The notes under the pieces were generated by a model. It was given only the letters and a program-made list of their open reading frames with translations. It was not told the DNA's origin and ran no database searches. Shown here one piece after another: positions 46,045 through 56,073 of a DNA stretch of 64,000 nt. How positions within the stretch are numbered: position 1 is the stretch's first letter; each line of letters opens with the position of its first letter. The DNA is taken from assembly GCA_017450205.1 (NCBI GenBank), contig JAFSVF010000028.1, positions 1,588-65,587 on the forward strand, written 5' to 3'. The DNA is from Bacilli bacterium (GTDB lineage Bacteria; Bacillota_I; Bacilli_A; RF39; UBA660). The translations under genes were made by a program, and so were the position numbers.

Positions 46045-47139
46045 CTAGTCTCCATTTGGTGTATATTTCATACTTTGAGCTTTTATAAGTTCAGTATCTT
46101 CAAAATAGTTAATTTTCATATTTTCTTCAAGTCTCTTAACTACTTCATTACACTTCTTATTAGCATCATTTGTTCCTTTTCTTAAGATTTCATAAACTTC
46201 AGGAATTCTTTCTTCATAGTAATGTCTTTTTTCTCTAATTGGAGCAAGTTCATCTTCAAGTACTTGATATAAGAACTTCTTTATTTTAACATCTCCTACT
46301 CCACCATGTTTGTAAGCATTCTTAAGATCATCAAGATTCTTATATTCAGGTAAATACTTTTCAAAATCACTTGTTTCAGAAAATGCATCTAAATAAGTAA
46401 ATACTGTATTACCTTCAACCTTACCAGGATCTTCAATTCTAATATGATTTGGATCAGTATACATACTCATTACTTTTTTTCTAACAGTTTCTGAATCATC
46501 TGATAAATAAATACAATTACCTAAAGACTTACTCATCTTAGCATTTCCATCAGTACCAGGTAGTCTTCTACAAACAAGGTTTTCTGGTAATACAGCTTGT
46601 GGTTCAAAAAGTGTTTCACCATATAAATTATTTATACTTCTAACAATTTCTCTAGTTTGTTCAATCATTGGTTCTTGATCATCACCAACAGGAATAATAG
46701 TAGCATCAAAACCTGTAATATCAGCAGCTTGACTAACAGGATAAGTTAAGAATCCCATTGGTATATTACCTTCAAAATTTCTCATTTTTAATTCTGATTT
46801 AATAGTAGGATTTCTTTGTAATCTAGCTAAAGTAACAACATCTAAATAATAACAAGTAAGTTCAAATAAACCTTTAACTTGTGATTGAATAAAGAATGTT
46901 ACCTTCTCTGGATCTAATCCGATTGATAAATAATCAAGTGCAACTTCAATAATATTTTGTCTTACTTTTTCAGGATTATCCCAATTATCAGTTAATGCTT
47001 GAACATCGGCAATCTCAATATAAAATTTGTCATATCCACCCTTATCTTGCATTTCTTTTCTCATTTTTAAACTTCCAACGTAATGACCAATATGTAATTT
47101 TCCAGTTGGTCTATCGCCTGTTAAAATAATTCTTTCCAT
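46045..47139 (-). CDS. trpS: Tryptophan--tRNA ligase
   Basis: GDRPTGKLHIGHYVG (HIGH) and KMSKSLGN (KMSKS) in a 364-aa TrpRS-like layout. The upstream gap is only 82 nt, too short for a T-box. Confidence 0.9.
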   Translation of the reverse strand: MERIILTGDRPTGKLHIGHYVGSLKMRKEMQDKGGYDKFYIEIADVQALTDNWDNPEKVRQNIIEVALDYLSIGLDPEKVTFFIQSQVKGLFELTCYYLDVVTLARLQRNPTIKSELKMRNFEGNIPMGFLTYPVSQAADITGFDATIIPVGDDQEPMIEQTREIVRSINNLYGETLFEPQAVLPENLVCRRLPGTDGNAKMSKSLGNCIYLSDDSETVRKKVMSMYTDPNHIRIEDPGKVEGNTVFTYLDAFSETSDFEKYLPEYKNLDDLKNAYKHGGVGDVKIKKFLYQVLEDELAPIREKRHYYEERIPEVYEILRKGTNDANKKCNEVVKRLEENMKINYFEDTELIKAQSMKYTPNGD

Positions 47140-47227
47140 GATAATCCCTCAATTTCTAGTAATATAATAACACAAAAAAACTGTATAAAAAAGAAATTAT
47201 GGTATAATACGTTAAAGGAAGATGTGT

Positions 47228-48007
47228 ATGGAAAAATTAAGTAAAGAAGAATATCGCAATAAAGTTGTAAATATTTATAGTAAGTCTCAAGACTATTATT
47301 ATGAAAACGCTTTTAATATTAATAAATTTCAAAAATGTCATCATTTTATAGAATTCTATGATATAAATATAACTAGTTTTAATAAAATTATGGAAGGTGC
47401 TAAATACTTTAATAATAAAGGATTAGATTATTATAATCCTGAACAAATAAATAGATTTAGAACATTAATGATAGCGTGGGAAGATTATGTAGGTGAATTT
47501 AATAAAAATGCTATGGAAGAATTTTCAAATTATATTGGAGAAACAGATAAAATATTTGAAAATAATAAAAAAAGAATATTATTTAAATTATTTCAACAAA
47601 ACAGCAAAATTGCAAAAATGCTTTTAATAAGAAATGGATTCTATGAAAAAGACTATATTTCTAGTCAAAAACACACAAGAAGATTCTATGAAATTGGACG
47701 TGAAATATCTGATTTAGATCCAGAAAAAGATATTGAAAATGCAGTTATATTCCATATGAATTCATTAATATATGATATAAATCAAACAGTTAATTTTGAT
47801 GGTTTAGATGTAACTCAAAATGAAGTACATAAATATAAACTATTCCATCATTATGTAACTAATATGTATTTAGCATTAACAGCACTCGGAAAAACAGATA
47901 GACTTAATGAAATTGCAGAATTAGAAAAAATAATAATGGAAGAAGACCTACAAAGAAAGAAAATTTTATTAGAAAAAGAAGAACAAAAAAAGTTAACATT
48001 AAGTTAA
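47228..48007 (+). CDS. Hypothetical protein (259 aa)
   Basis: ATG 47228 follows AAAGGAAG. An extended -10, TGgTATAAT, lies at 47200-47208. The protein is soluble and helical, and I recognised no family. Confidence 0.45.
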   Translation: MEKLSKEEYRNKVVNIYSKSQDYYYENAFNINKFQKCHHFIEFYDINITSFNKIMEGAKYFNNKGLDYYNPEQINRFRTLMIAWEDYVGEFNKNAMEEFSNYIGETDKIFENNKKRILFKLFQQNSKIAKMLLIRNGFYEKDYISSQKHTRRFYEIGREISDLDPEKDIENAVIFHMNSLIYDINQTVNFDGLDVTQNEVHKYKLFHHYVTNMYLALTALGKTDRLNEIAELEKIIMEEDLQRKKILLEKEEQKKLTLS

Positions 48008-48011
48008 CTTT

Positions 48012-49136
48012 TTATTTTACCTTATTTAATTCATCATAATGCTTATCAAAACTTGTTAAGAATTCATTAATCTCACCAGGTAAAGTTAAATGAGAAAAAC
48101 TAATTCTAATAGTTGTTTTACTTCTCACATCATCATGATACATTGCATCAATTGCAACTGATGGTTTTCCACTAGCACATGCTGTATTAGAAGAAACATA
48201 TACTTCATCTTTTTCTAAAGCATGTAAGAATGTTTCAGGTTTAATAGTCATTAAACTAACATTTAAAATATGTGGAATACAATACTTAGAAGTATTAATT
48301 TTAATACCATCATAATCACTTAAATGATCAATTACTTTATCTCTATATTTTCTAATCATTTCTTCCTTTTTAGGTAAATCTTTTAAAGCAAGTCTAAGTG
48401 CTTTTGCAAAAGAAACAACTAAAGGAAGTGGTAATGTTCCAGGTTTTAACTCCCCTTCATGTGCTCCAAACATTACAGGAGTAAGTCTTAAATTTTTATT
48501 AATATATAAAAGACCAATTCCCATAGGACCATATATCTTATTAGATGAAATTGTAGCCATATCTACGTCATCTATTCTCATAGCAACTTTACCAATTGCT
48601 TGAGTCATATCTGAATGAAATATAACATTAGGATTTTGCTTTCTAATAACTTGTCTAATTGATTTTAATGGTTGTCTAACCCCAGTTTCAGAATTTACTG
48701 CACTAATACTTACAAGTATAGTTTCAGGAGTTACTTTATTTTTTAAATCATCAAAATCTATTAAACCTTCATTAGTAACATCTACATAATCTATATAGAA
48801 ACCTGCTTTTTCTAAATGTTTACAAATACCTAACATTGATGGATGTTCTAACTTAGAAACACAAATTCTATTACCATATCTTTTATAACTTAAACAAGCA
48901 CCCATAATAGCAATATTATTAGCTTCACTTGAACCACTGGTATATACAAATTCAGATTTTTCAATTCCAAGTAATTCAGCAACTTGTTGATTAGCACTTT
49001 CTAGAAGTTCTCTTGATTTACCACCATAGCTATGTAAACTTTCAGGATTTGCAAAGAAATCTTCTGTTACTTTATTATAACTGTCTAATACTTCAGGTAA
49101 CACAGGAGTTGCCGCAGCATAATCTAAATAAACCAT
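48012..49136 (-). CDS. Cysteine desulfurase (class V aminotransferase, NifS/NifZ-like)
   Basis: YLDYAATTP, FTSGSSEANN, HSDMTQAIGK and SSNKIYGPMGIGLLY (PLP-lysine region). It sits next to ezrA, as nifZ does in Bacillus. Confidence 0.8.
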   Translation of the reverse strand: MVYLDYAAATPVLPEVLDSYNKVTEDFFANPESLHSYGGKSRELLESANQQVAELLGIEKSEFVYTSGSSEANNIAIMGACLSYKRYGNRICVSKLEHPSMLGICKHLEKAGFYIDYVDVTNEGLIDFDDLKNKVTPETILVSISAVNSETGVRQPLKSIRQVIRKQNPNVIFHSDMTQAIGKVAMRIDDVDMATISSNKIYGPMGIGLLYINKNLRLTPVMFGAHEGELKPGTLPLPLVVSFAKALRLALKDLPKKEEMIRKYRDKVIDHLSDYDGIKINTSKYCIPHILNVSLMTIKPETFLHALEKDEVYVSSNTACASGKPSVAIDAMYHDDVRSKTTIRISFSHLTLPGEINEFLTSFDKHYDELNKVK

Positions 49137-49147
49137 TTCAAAACCTC

Positions 49148-50881
49148 CTATTTAACATTTTCATTTCTATAAGCTTCAAGTAATCTTTGTTGAATACCAG
49201 GTTCAACTACATTAATAGATTTAATAGCTTCAGTTAAAGCAGCATTAAATTCTCCTTTAAAGAATAATCTTTCAGCTTTAGTTAAACCATTATCTATACT
49301 AGAATTAATTGCTCTATATCTATTACCATAAACAATTGCACTTTCAGCCATAGAAGCAGTCTTAACAGTATTAATTGATGTTTGTACAACTTTTAGAGAT
49401 AAATCTCTAGCAGTATCTACTCTCATATTTAATACTTTTATTGATATTGGTTTTTTTTCTAATTCCAAAGCCATTTCTCTAATTGAATCAACAGCTTCTT
49501 CATATTGTACCATATATGAATTAGGTATTACAGGAAGTTTGTAAGATAAGATGTGTTCTCTTGCTTGTCTCATCAAATTCTTTATTTCATCTTTTTGTTC
49601 ATGAGCTCTAACAGCATCCTCATGTAAAGAATCTAAACTTCTTAATGTATAACTTAATTTATCTTCAGCTTTATTAAGTCTATCATTAATAACTTCCATT
49701 TCTTTAGTAAGTTTTGAATAAGCAAAATTCTTACTTCTAAAATTATTCATTACAACTTCATAAGCATCGGCACATTCATTAGCTTCTTTATCAAGTTCAC
49801 TAATTACTTTTATATCATCATCTGTTAAATCATAAGAATACTTAATTTCTTGAATCTTTCCAGATAAATTTTGAACTATCTTTTTAATCTTTCTTGCTCT
49901 TAAAATTACTGATCTAATATATTCATCAAATAACTTCTTAGCTATCTTTTCTTTTTCAAAGTCACTATATAATTTATCAAAATAATCTAAGATAGTTCTA
50001 AGTTCAAATATAGAATCTTCAAGATTTAAAACCTTTAATCTATCAAATACATCAGCAACCTTTTTTTCTGCTTCTTGAATATTATAATCTAATTTTAAAT
50101 AATCTAAATTATAACCTTCACTAATCATTTTTTGACTAATCTTATTAATATCTTCAATTCTCTTAGGAATCATTTCAGTACCCATAAGAATAATTGAAGG
50201 TGCTTCATCTATAACTACTTTTAAATTACCGATAGTATCATCTAACGCTTTAACTATTTTACCTACTTCAGAATATACATTATTTTGCATAGCAAGCTCA
50301 AAAGCACTAAATAGTTTATCAGTATTTTCAAATTGTAATTCTAATGGATTTTGAATCATAGCATAATCTTCTTTATTATTGTTATTGTATTGTAAGAAGA
50401 TTGTTCTATATTCAGTTTTTAATTTAGTTACTATTTCTCTATTCTTTTGTTCAGATAAAGTAATTTCTTTAATTGCATTTAATAAATCATTAGCTTTTGA
50501 TTTAACAACAAATATATCAAATTCAATTAAGGCAAGTCTTTCATTAATAACTTCATTAGAACCAACTTTAATTAATTCTTCAGCATCTATTAAATCATCA
50601 GTTATCTTAGGAACATCATTATCTTTAATATTCTTAAATAAACTTTTCCAATAATTATATTTTTCTTCTAGTTCTTTATTATTAATTAAAGATTCTACTT
50701 TATTAAGTTCAGCAAGTATTGAACCACTAATAATTAAATTCTTATCTCTTTCAAGATTAGTAAGAGTATCTACAAATTGTTTTTTAATTTTTTTCTTAGT
50801 TACAAGAATAATCGCAATAATGGCAATTATTACAATTACAACATAAATAATCATTATTAAATTAGCAATATTTGCACTCAT
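49148..50881 (-). CDS. ezrA: Septation ring formation regulator EzrA
   Basis: A single N-terminal TM (IMIIYVVIVIIAIIAIILV) is followed by about 540 aa of coiled-coil repeats, matching EzrA size and layout. ATG 50881 has AAAGGAG 8 nt upstream; the track starts at 50908. Confidence 0.8.
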   Translation of the reverse strand: MSANIANLIMIIYVVIVIIAIIAIILVTKKKIKKQFVDTLTNLERDKNLIISGSILAELNKVESLINNKELEEKYNYWKSLFKNIKDNDVPKITDDLIDAEELIKVGSNEVINERLALIEFDIFVVKSKANDLLNAIKEITLSEQKNREIVTKLKTEYRTIFLQYNNNNKEDYAMIQNPLELQFENTDKLFSAFELAMQNNVYSEVGKIVKALDDTIGNLKVVIDEAPSIILMGTEMIPKRIEDINKISQKMISEGYNLDYLKLDYNIQEAEKKVADVFDRLKVLNLEDSIFELRTILDYFDKLYSDFEKEKIAKKLFDEYIRSVILRARKIKKIVQNLSGKIQEIKYSYDLTDDDIKVISELDKEANECADAYEVVMNNFRSKNFAYSKLTKEMEVINDRLNKAEDKLSYTLRSLDSLHEDAVRAHEQKDEIKNLMRQAREHILSYKLPVIPNSYMVQYEEAVDSIREMALELEKKPISIKVLNMRVDTARDLSLKVVQTSINTVKTASMAESAIVYGNRYRAINSSIDNGLTKAERLFFKGEFNAALTEAIKSINVVEPGIQQRLLEAYRNENVK

Positions 50882-50948
50882 TTTAGCGACTCCTTTACCT
50901 TTTAACATTATAACATAATATTAGGTCAAATTAAAAGTAGAGATAACT

Positions 50949-51767
50949 CTACTTTTGGCAATTAGGACAATAATATGTTCCTCTTCCACCTACTCTAGTT
51001 TTTAGAATCAATTCTTTACATCTAGGACATTCCATACCTTCCCTAGTATGTACTTGTAAATAATCTTGATAGTGTCCAATTACTCCTAATTGGGATGTAT
51101 AACTTCTAATAGTAGTACCACCTAATTCATATGATTTAGTAATAATTCTATTAGCTTCTTTACATATTAGTTCACACTCTTCTAGTGAAACACCTTTACC
51201 CAATCTAAAAGGACTAATAGATGCTGCAAATAATACTTCATCAACATATATATTTCCAAGTCCATTTATAATAGTTTGATCAAGAAGTAATTCTTTCATC
51301 TTTTTATTACTATCATGAATTTTAGAATATAAATATTCTTTAGTTAGACTTTTATTATCAGGTTCAATTCCTAACTTACTAATTTCAGTTAAATTCATTA
51401 CTTCATTAGTTTTACAAAGAATCATTACTCCAAATTTTCTAACATCTTTATATCTTAAATCAAAATCATTATCTAAAGAAAATATAATATGTTCATGATC
51501 TTCATATGGTTCAAAAGAAGATTTATAGTAATATTTTCCTTCCATTCTTAAGTGACTTACTAAAGAATATTCACCAAGATTAAATATAATCCATTTACCA
51601 ATGGTTGTTATTTCTTTAAATGTTTTTCCTTTTAAAATACTTTTAAAATCGTCTAAATCAGTTTTAACTATTCCACTATAAAGTATATTAATATTAATAA
51701 TTTTTCTACCAATAAGTTCTTTTCTTAAAGCATCTCTTACTGTACGAACTTCTGCAATCTCAGGCAT
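50949..51767 (-). CDS. mutM: Formamidopyrimidine-DNA glycosylase
   Basis: ATG 51767 yields the obligatory MPEIAEV N-terminus with the catalytic Pro2. It also has an H2TH region and the C-terminal zinc finger CPRCKELILKTRVGGRGTYYCPNCQ. It lies downstream of polA, as in Bacillus. Confidence 0.9.
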   Translation of the reverse strand: MPEIAEVRTVRDALRKELIGRKIININILYSGIVKTDLDDFKSILKGKTFKEITTIGKWIIFNLGEYSLVSHLRMEGKYYYKSSFEPYEDHEHIIFSLDNDFDLRYKDVRKFGVMILCKTNEVMNLTEISKLGIEPDNKSLTKEYLYSKIHDSNKKMKELLLDQTIINGLGNIYVDEVLFAASISPFRLGKGVSLEECELICKEANRIITKSYELGGTTIRSYTSQLGVIGHYQDYLQVHTREGMECPRCKELILKTRVGGRGTYYCPNCQK

Positions 51768-51822
51768 ATTAATCACCAAGTGATATTATAACACAAACAA
51801 AAATAAATGGATTATATTCCAT

Positions 51823-54366
51823 TTATTTTGTTTCATAAAGATCACTACCTAAATCATGAGATACTTTTAAAGGTACATCAAGTTTAACAATATTTTCCAT
51901 TATATTAGTAACTATATCAATTACTTTCTTTTCTTCTCCGCTCTTTATATCAAAAATAAGTTCATCATGGATTTGAAGTAACATCTTAGATTCTATATTT
52001 TCTTTTTCAAATTCTTTATCTATTTTGATCATAGCCATTTTAAGAATATCTGCTGCAGTACCTTGAATTGGAGTATTCATAGCCATTCTTTCTCCACTTT
52101 GTCTAATCATAAAGTTAGTATTATGAATTTCTTCAATTACTCTCTTACGACCATATAAAGTTCTTACTTCTCCAGTTTCTTTAGCACTTTCTACATTAGA
52201 ATCAATATATTCTTTAACCCCAGGATATAAATCATAATATTTATTAATAAACGCTCTTGCTTCTTTAGGAGATATACCGATATTTTCTCCTAAACCAAAA
52301 CCTGAAATACCATATACAATTCCAAATATAACTGATTTAGCTACTCTTCTTTGATTCTTAGTTACTTCATCAAAAGGAATACCATATATATCTGATGCTA
52401 CTCTTGTATGAATATCTTCATCTTTTTTAAATGAATCAATTAATGCTTTACAACCACTCATATGAGCAAGTACTCTTAACTCTATTTGTGAATAATCACA
52501 GGATAAGAATTCTTTTTCTTCAGGAATAAATGCTTTTCTAATCATTTTACCTAAATCATCACGAGTAGGAATATTTTGTAAATTTGGATCAGTTGAAGAA
52601 AGTCTTCCAGTTCTTGTTAATGTTTGTTGATAAATAGTATGTATCTTACCATCTTCTTTAATAAACTTTTGTAATCCTTCTAAGTAAGTTGAAGATAATT
52701 TAGTAAGTTTTCTATATTCTAAGACTTTTTCTACGATTGGATTTTCATCAACAATCTTTAATAATATTTCTTCACCAGTTTTATATCCAGTAGCAGTCTT
52801 TTTAGCATGACTTAAACCTAATTTTTCAAAAAGAACTTCACCTAATTGTTTAGGAGATGAAATATTAAATTCAACACCTGCAAATTCATGAATTTCACCT
52901 TCAAGTTTTTTAATATCTTTAGAAAGTTCTTTTCTCATATCTTCCAAGATATCTTTATCACATTTAATACCATTAAGTTCCATTTTAGCTAAAACTTTTG
53001 ACAAAGGTATTTCTACATCATTAAATAAATCAATTAATTTTTCTTTTTCTAATAATTTTATATATTCATCATGTGTATCATATATAAACTTAGCTTTCTT
53101 TAAAATAGTTGTTTTCTTATCTTCTTGTTTTAATAAATCATTAAACATAGGAACTTCTACTCCATGATTATTCATAAGTACTCCTAAATCATCTTTAACT
53201 ATTTCATTTAAAAGATAAGTAGCAATATTTAAATCATATGAGTTAGCTAAATTAAAATTTTTAGTTAAACAAATATTTTTCTTTAAATCAAAAGTTAATA
53301 ACTCTTTATTTTTTAACAAACTAAGAGTATCCATTACTTTATCAGCATCAACATAATATGAATTCTTTCCATCATAAAGAGCCATTCCAATAATATTTGC
53401 ATTATGATAATTAGTATTATCACATTCAATATAATATGATACTTTATCTCCTAATTTAGATACATCTTCTAAATCTTTGGATTCTATTTTTTCATCTAAT
53501 TTAGTTTCTTTTAAATTAGTTTTAATAAGTGAATAAAACTCTAATTCTTTAAAGAAATCATTTAAAGTAACTTTAGGTCCATCATATTTTAAATCTTCAA
53601 ATTCTACTTCGATTGGTGCATTTTTATCAATTGTAGCAAGTTTATATGAAAAGTAAGCTTGTTCCTTATCATTGACTAGTTTTTCGTGCGTAGAGCCCTT
53701 TATATCATCAATATGTTCATATATACCATCAAGTGTTTCATACTCGTGTAAAAGCTTTAAAGCACCCTTTTCACCAATACCTTTAACTCCAGGAATATTA
53801 TCACTAGAATCTCCCATAATAGCTTTTAAATCTACTACTCTAGGAGGAGTTATACCGTACTCTTCAAAAAATGTTTTAGGATTATATTTAACAAAACCTT
53901 TTTGTTTTAAAAGTTTAATATTAACAACATCAGTAATTAATTGTAAATAATCATGATCACTAGTTACAAGTAATGCATCCCATTCAGGATCTTCATCTGC
54001 CATTCTTGCTAAAGTACCAATAATATCATCTGCTTCATAACCTTCTAATTCTAAATGTTTAATTCCCATATGTTCTAGCATTTCTCTAGACTTAGGCATT
54101 TGTAATTTTAACTCATCAGGTGTTTTACTTCTACCTGCTTTATAATCTTGATATTCATCATGCCTAAAAGTCTTTCCAATATCAAAAGCAACAGCCATAT
54201 ATTCAGGTTTTTCTTCTTGAATAATTTTATTTATCATATTAACAAATCCATATAATGCATTTGTAGGAAATCCTTTAGAATTAGTCATTATTTTACCTGT
54301 ATATGCAGTAGCATAATAAGCTCTAAACATTAAATTATTTCCATCTACAAGTACTATCTTTTTCAT
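51823..54366 (-). CDS. polA: DNA polymerase I
   Basis: 5'-nuclease domain (LVDGNNLMFRAYYA, GDSSDNIPGVKGIGEK) and polymerase motifs A (DYSQIELRVLAH), B (RRVAKSVIFGIVYG) and C (QIHDELIF). ATG 54366 has GAGGGTGAT upstream. Confidence 0.95.
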   Translation of the reverse strand: MKKIVLVDGNNLMFRAYYATAYTGKIMTNSKGFPTNALYGFVNMINKIIQEEKPEYMAVAFDIGKTFRHDEYQDYKAGRSKTPDELKLQMPKSREMLEHMGIKHLELEGYEADDIIGTLARMADEDPEWDALLVTSDHDYLQLITDVVNIKLLKQKGFVKYNPKTFFEEYGITPPRVVDLKAIMGDSSDNIPGVKGIGEKGALKLLHEYETLDGIYEHIDDIKGSTHEKLVNDKEQAYFSYKLATIDKNAPIEVEFEDLKYDGPKVTLNDFFKELEFYSLIKTNLKETKLDEKIESKDLEDVSKLGDKVSYYIECDNTNYHNANIIGMALYDGKNSYYVDADKVMDTLSLLKNKELLTFDLKKNICLTKNFNLANSYDLNIATYLLNEIVKDDLGVLMNNHGVEVPMFNDLLKQEDKKTTILKKAKFIYDTHDEYIKLLEKEKLIDLFNDVEIPLSKVLAKMELNGIKCDKDILEDMRKELSKDIKKLEGEIHEFAGVEFNISSPKQLGEVLFEKLGLSHAKKTATGYKTGEEILLKIVDENPIVEKVLEYRKLTKLSSTYLEGLQKFIKEDGKIHTIYQQTLTRTGRLSSTDPNLQNIPTRDDLGKMIRKAFIPEEKEFLSCDYSQIELRVLAHMSGCKALIDSFKKDEDIHTRVASDIYGIPFDEVTKNQRRVAKSVIFGIVYGISGFGLGENIGISPKEARAFINKYYDLYPGVKEYIDSNVESAKETGEVRTLYGRKRVIEEIHNTNFMIRQSGERMAMNTPIQGTAADILKMAMIKIDKEFEKENIESKMLLQIHDELIFDIKSGEEKKVIDIVTNIMENIVKLDVPLKVSHDLGSDLYETK

Positions 54367-54413
54367 GATTATCACCCTCATAAATAATTATATCAAATTT
54401 TACATACTTTTCT

Positions 54414-54444
54414 AAAAGAAAAAGAAATGATTTCTCATTTCTTT
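54414..54444 (-). terminator. Intrinsic terminator after the cohesin-scaffold gene
   Basis: 10-bp stem AAAGAAATGA (54421-54430) / TCATTTCTTT (54435-54444) with loop TTTC. A U-rich tract follows on the minus transcript, and the stem overlaps the stop codon. Confidence 0.7.
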
Positions 54445-56062
54445 ACCAATCAAAGTCATCAGATTTTTTCTTTTCACTTTTTTTAGCTTTCTTTTGATTT
54501 TTCTTTTCTTCTTTAGCTTTCTTCTTTTCTTCTTGTTTTTGTTTCTTTAAAGCTTTTTTATCTACCATTGGTTCAACATCAATCGTATCTTCATCAATAT
54601 CTAATTCTTTTGTTTGAATTTCTTCTTGAACCTCTTCTTTGACTTCTTCAGGAGTTTCTTCAATTACTTCTTGTTCTACTACTTCAGGTTCTTCTTTAAT
54701 TTCTTTTACTTCAGTTAAATCTTCAACATACTCATCTTCATTTTCTTCAAATAATTCTTCGAAATCTTTTCTTTTAACTTTCTTTTCTCTTTTTGGTTTA
54801 TTTCTTCTTTTTCCAAAAATAACAATAAGTAAAAGTAATGCACTAAAACCTAATAAACAATAAATAATATATTTATATATTTGTTCTTTGTCTTTAGAAA
54901 CTTTTTCAATAGAACCATCATAAAGAATGAATGAACCATCTTTTTTATTAAACAAATAATAGTTCTTTTCATTACTACTAGTATCTAATCCATAAATAAT
55001 ATAATAATTATCATTAATAACAAATCTATTAACACTAACAGTATAATCAAATACTTCATCATCAATAATATCTAAAGGTGTAATTGTAGTATTTCCATAA
55101 GTATATTCAATATATTCATTTTTTATACTACCATCTTTATAAATATACATCTTTTTATTACCTTCACTATCTTTAACACCAACAATTGTATAATCAATAG
55201 TATCATTAACAAGTGCAGGAATTTCAGTACCATTATAATCAACAACAGTAGCACTATAACCATAGAATTGAGGAAGTGCATCTGCTCTTCTTATGATAGT
55301 ATAAGTTTTATTATCTAAACTAACTTCAATTGGATCTAATTCTTCTCTTACGACTAAAACTGTATATTTAAGTTGATTTCCTTTTTGAGCTGTAACAATA
55401 AGTTCAAAAGTATTACTACCTTCATTAAAATCAACATCGCCACCACCACTTACAGTAGCAGTACCATCAGCCTTCTTAAAACTTATATTACCTTTTTCTA
55501 CATCATTAGGAACATTAATAGTATACTCCTTAGTTTCTTTATCAAATTGAGGATTTAAATCATAATTAGCAACATCACCATTAACATTAGTACCACTTAC
55601 ACTTATTGAACTAAGATAAGCATTAGTTGAATAAGTAGCTTCTAACTCAGATTGAGTTAAACATCTAATTTTAGTACTTCCAATATTAATTCCTCCAATT
55701 TGTGTTTCAGTTTTATAAGAATAAATTGCAGCATTTTTTACTGTGACAGTACTAGTACCACTCTTTAATGCTTTAAAAGTAAATGTTTCAGTTGTACCAG
55801 TTAAATTAACAACACCTGCTTTAACACAAGTTGAAGCATCAGCTGTAGATGAAGTAAGTTTTAATACACTTGAATCATATGAAATACAATAAGACCAAGC
55901 ACCTAAATCATTAGATGATACTTTAACAGTTACCTTAACTGTATTACCAACAATTACATTAGTAGAATTAGCTGAAACACTAAAACCACTTGCAGCATTA
56001 ACACTAGTAATTCCAATAAGGAATACAAATGCAAATACAAATACTTTAAAAATCTTTTTCAT
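54443..56062 (-). CDS. Type I membrane protein with extracellular cohesin-like and cadherin-like beta-sandwich modules and a charged cytoplasmic tail
   Basis: Signal peptide MKKIFKVFVFAFVFLIGITSVNA. Cohesin-like module: FSVSANSTNVIVGNTVKVTVKVSSNDLGAWSYCISYDSSVLKLTS...FTFKALKSGTSTVTVK. Cadherin-like module: AYLSSISVSGTNV...NPQFDKETKEYTINVPNDVEKGNISF...GSNTFELIVTAQKGNQLKYTVLVVRE. TM helix IIYCLLGFSALLLLIVIFG, then KRRNKPKREKKVKRK followed by E-rich and K-rich tails. Confidence 0.6.
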   Translation of the reverse strand: MKKIFKVFVFAFVFLIGITSVNAASGFSVSANSTNVIVGNTVKVTVKVSSNDLGAWSYCISYDSSVLKLTSSTADASTCVKAGVVNLTGTTETFTFKALKSGTSTVTVKNAAIYSYKTETQIGGINIGSTKIRCLTQSELEATYSTNAYLSSISVSGTNVNGDVANYDLNPQFDKETKEYTINVPNDVEKGNISFKKADGTATVSGGGDVDFNEGSNTFELIVTAQKGNQLKYTVLVVREELDPIEVSLDNKTYTIIRRADALPQFYGYSATVVDYNGTEIPALVNDTIDYTIVGVKDSEGNKKMYIYKDGSIKNEYIEYTYGNTTITPLDIIDDEVFDYTVSVNRFVINDNYYIIYGLDTSSNEKNYYLFNKKDGSFILYDGSIEKVSKDKEQIYKYIIYCLLGFSALLLLIVIFGKRRNKPKREKKVKRKDFEELFEENEDEYVEDLTEVKEIKEEPEVVEQEVIEETPEEVKEEVQEEIQTKELDIDEDTIDVEPMVDKKALKKQKQEEKKKAKEEKKNQKKAKKSEKKKSDDFDW

Positions 56063-56073
56063 AAATTACCTCC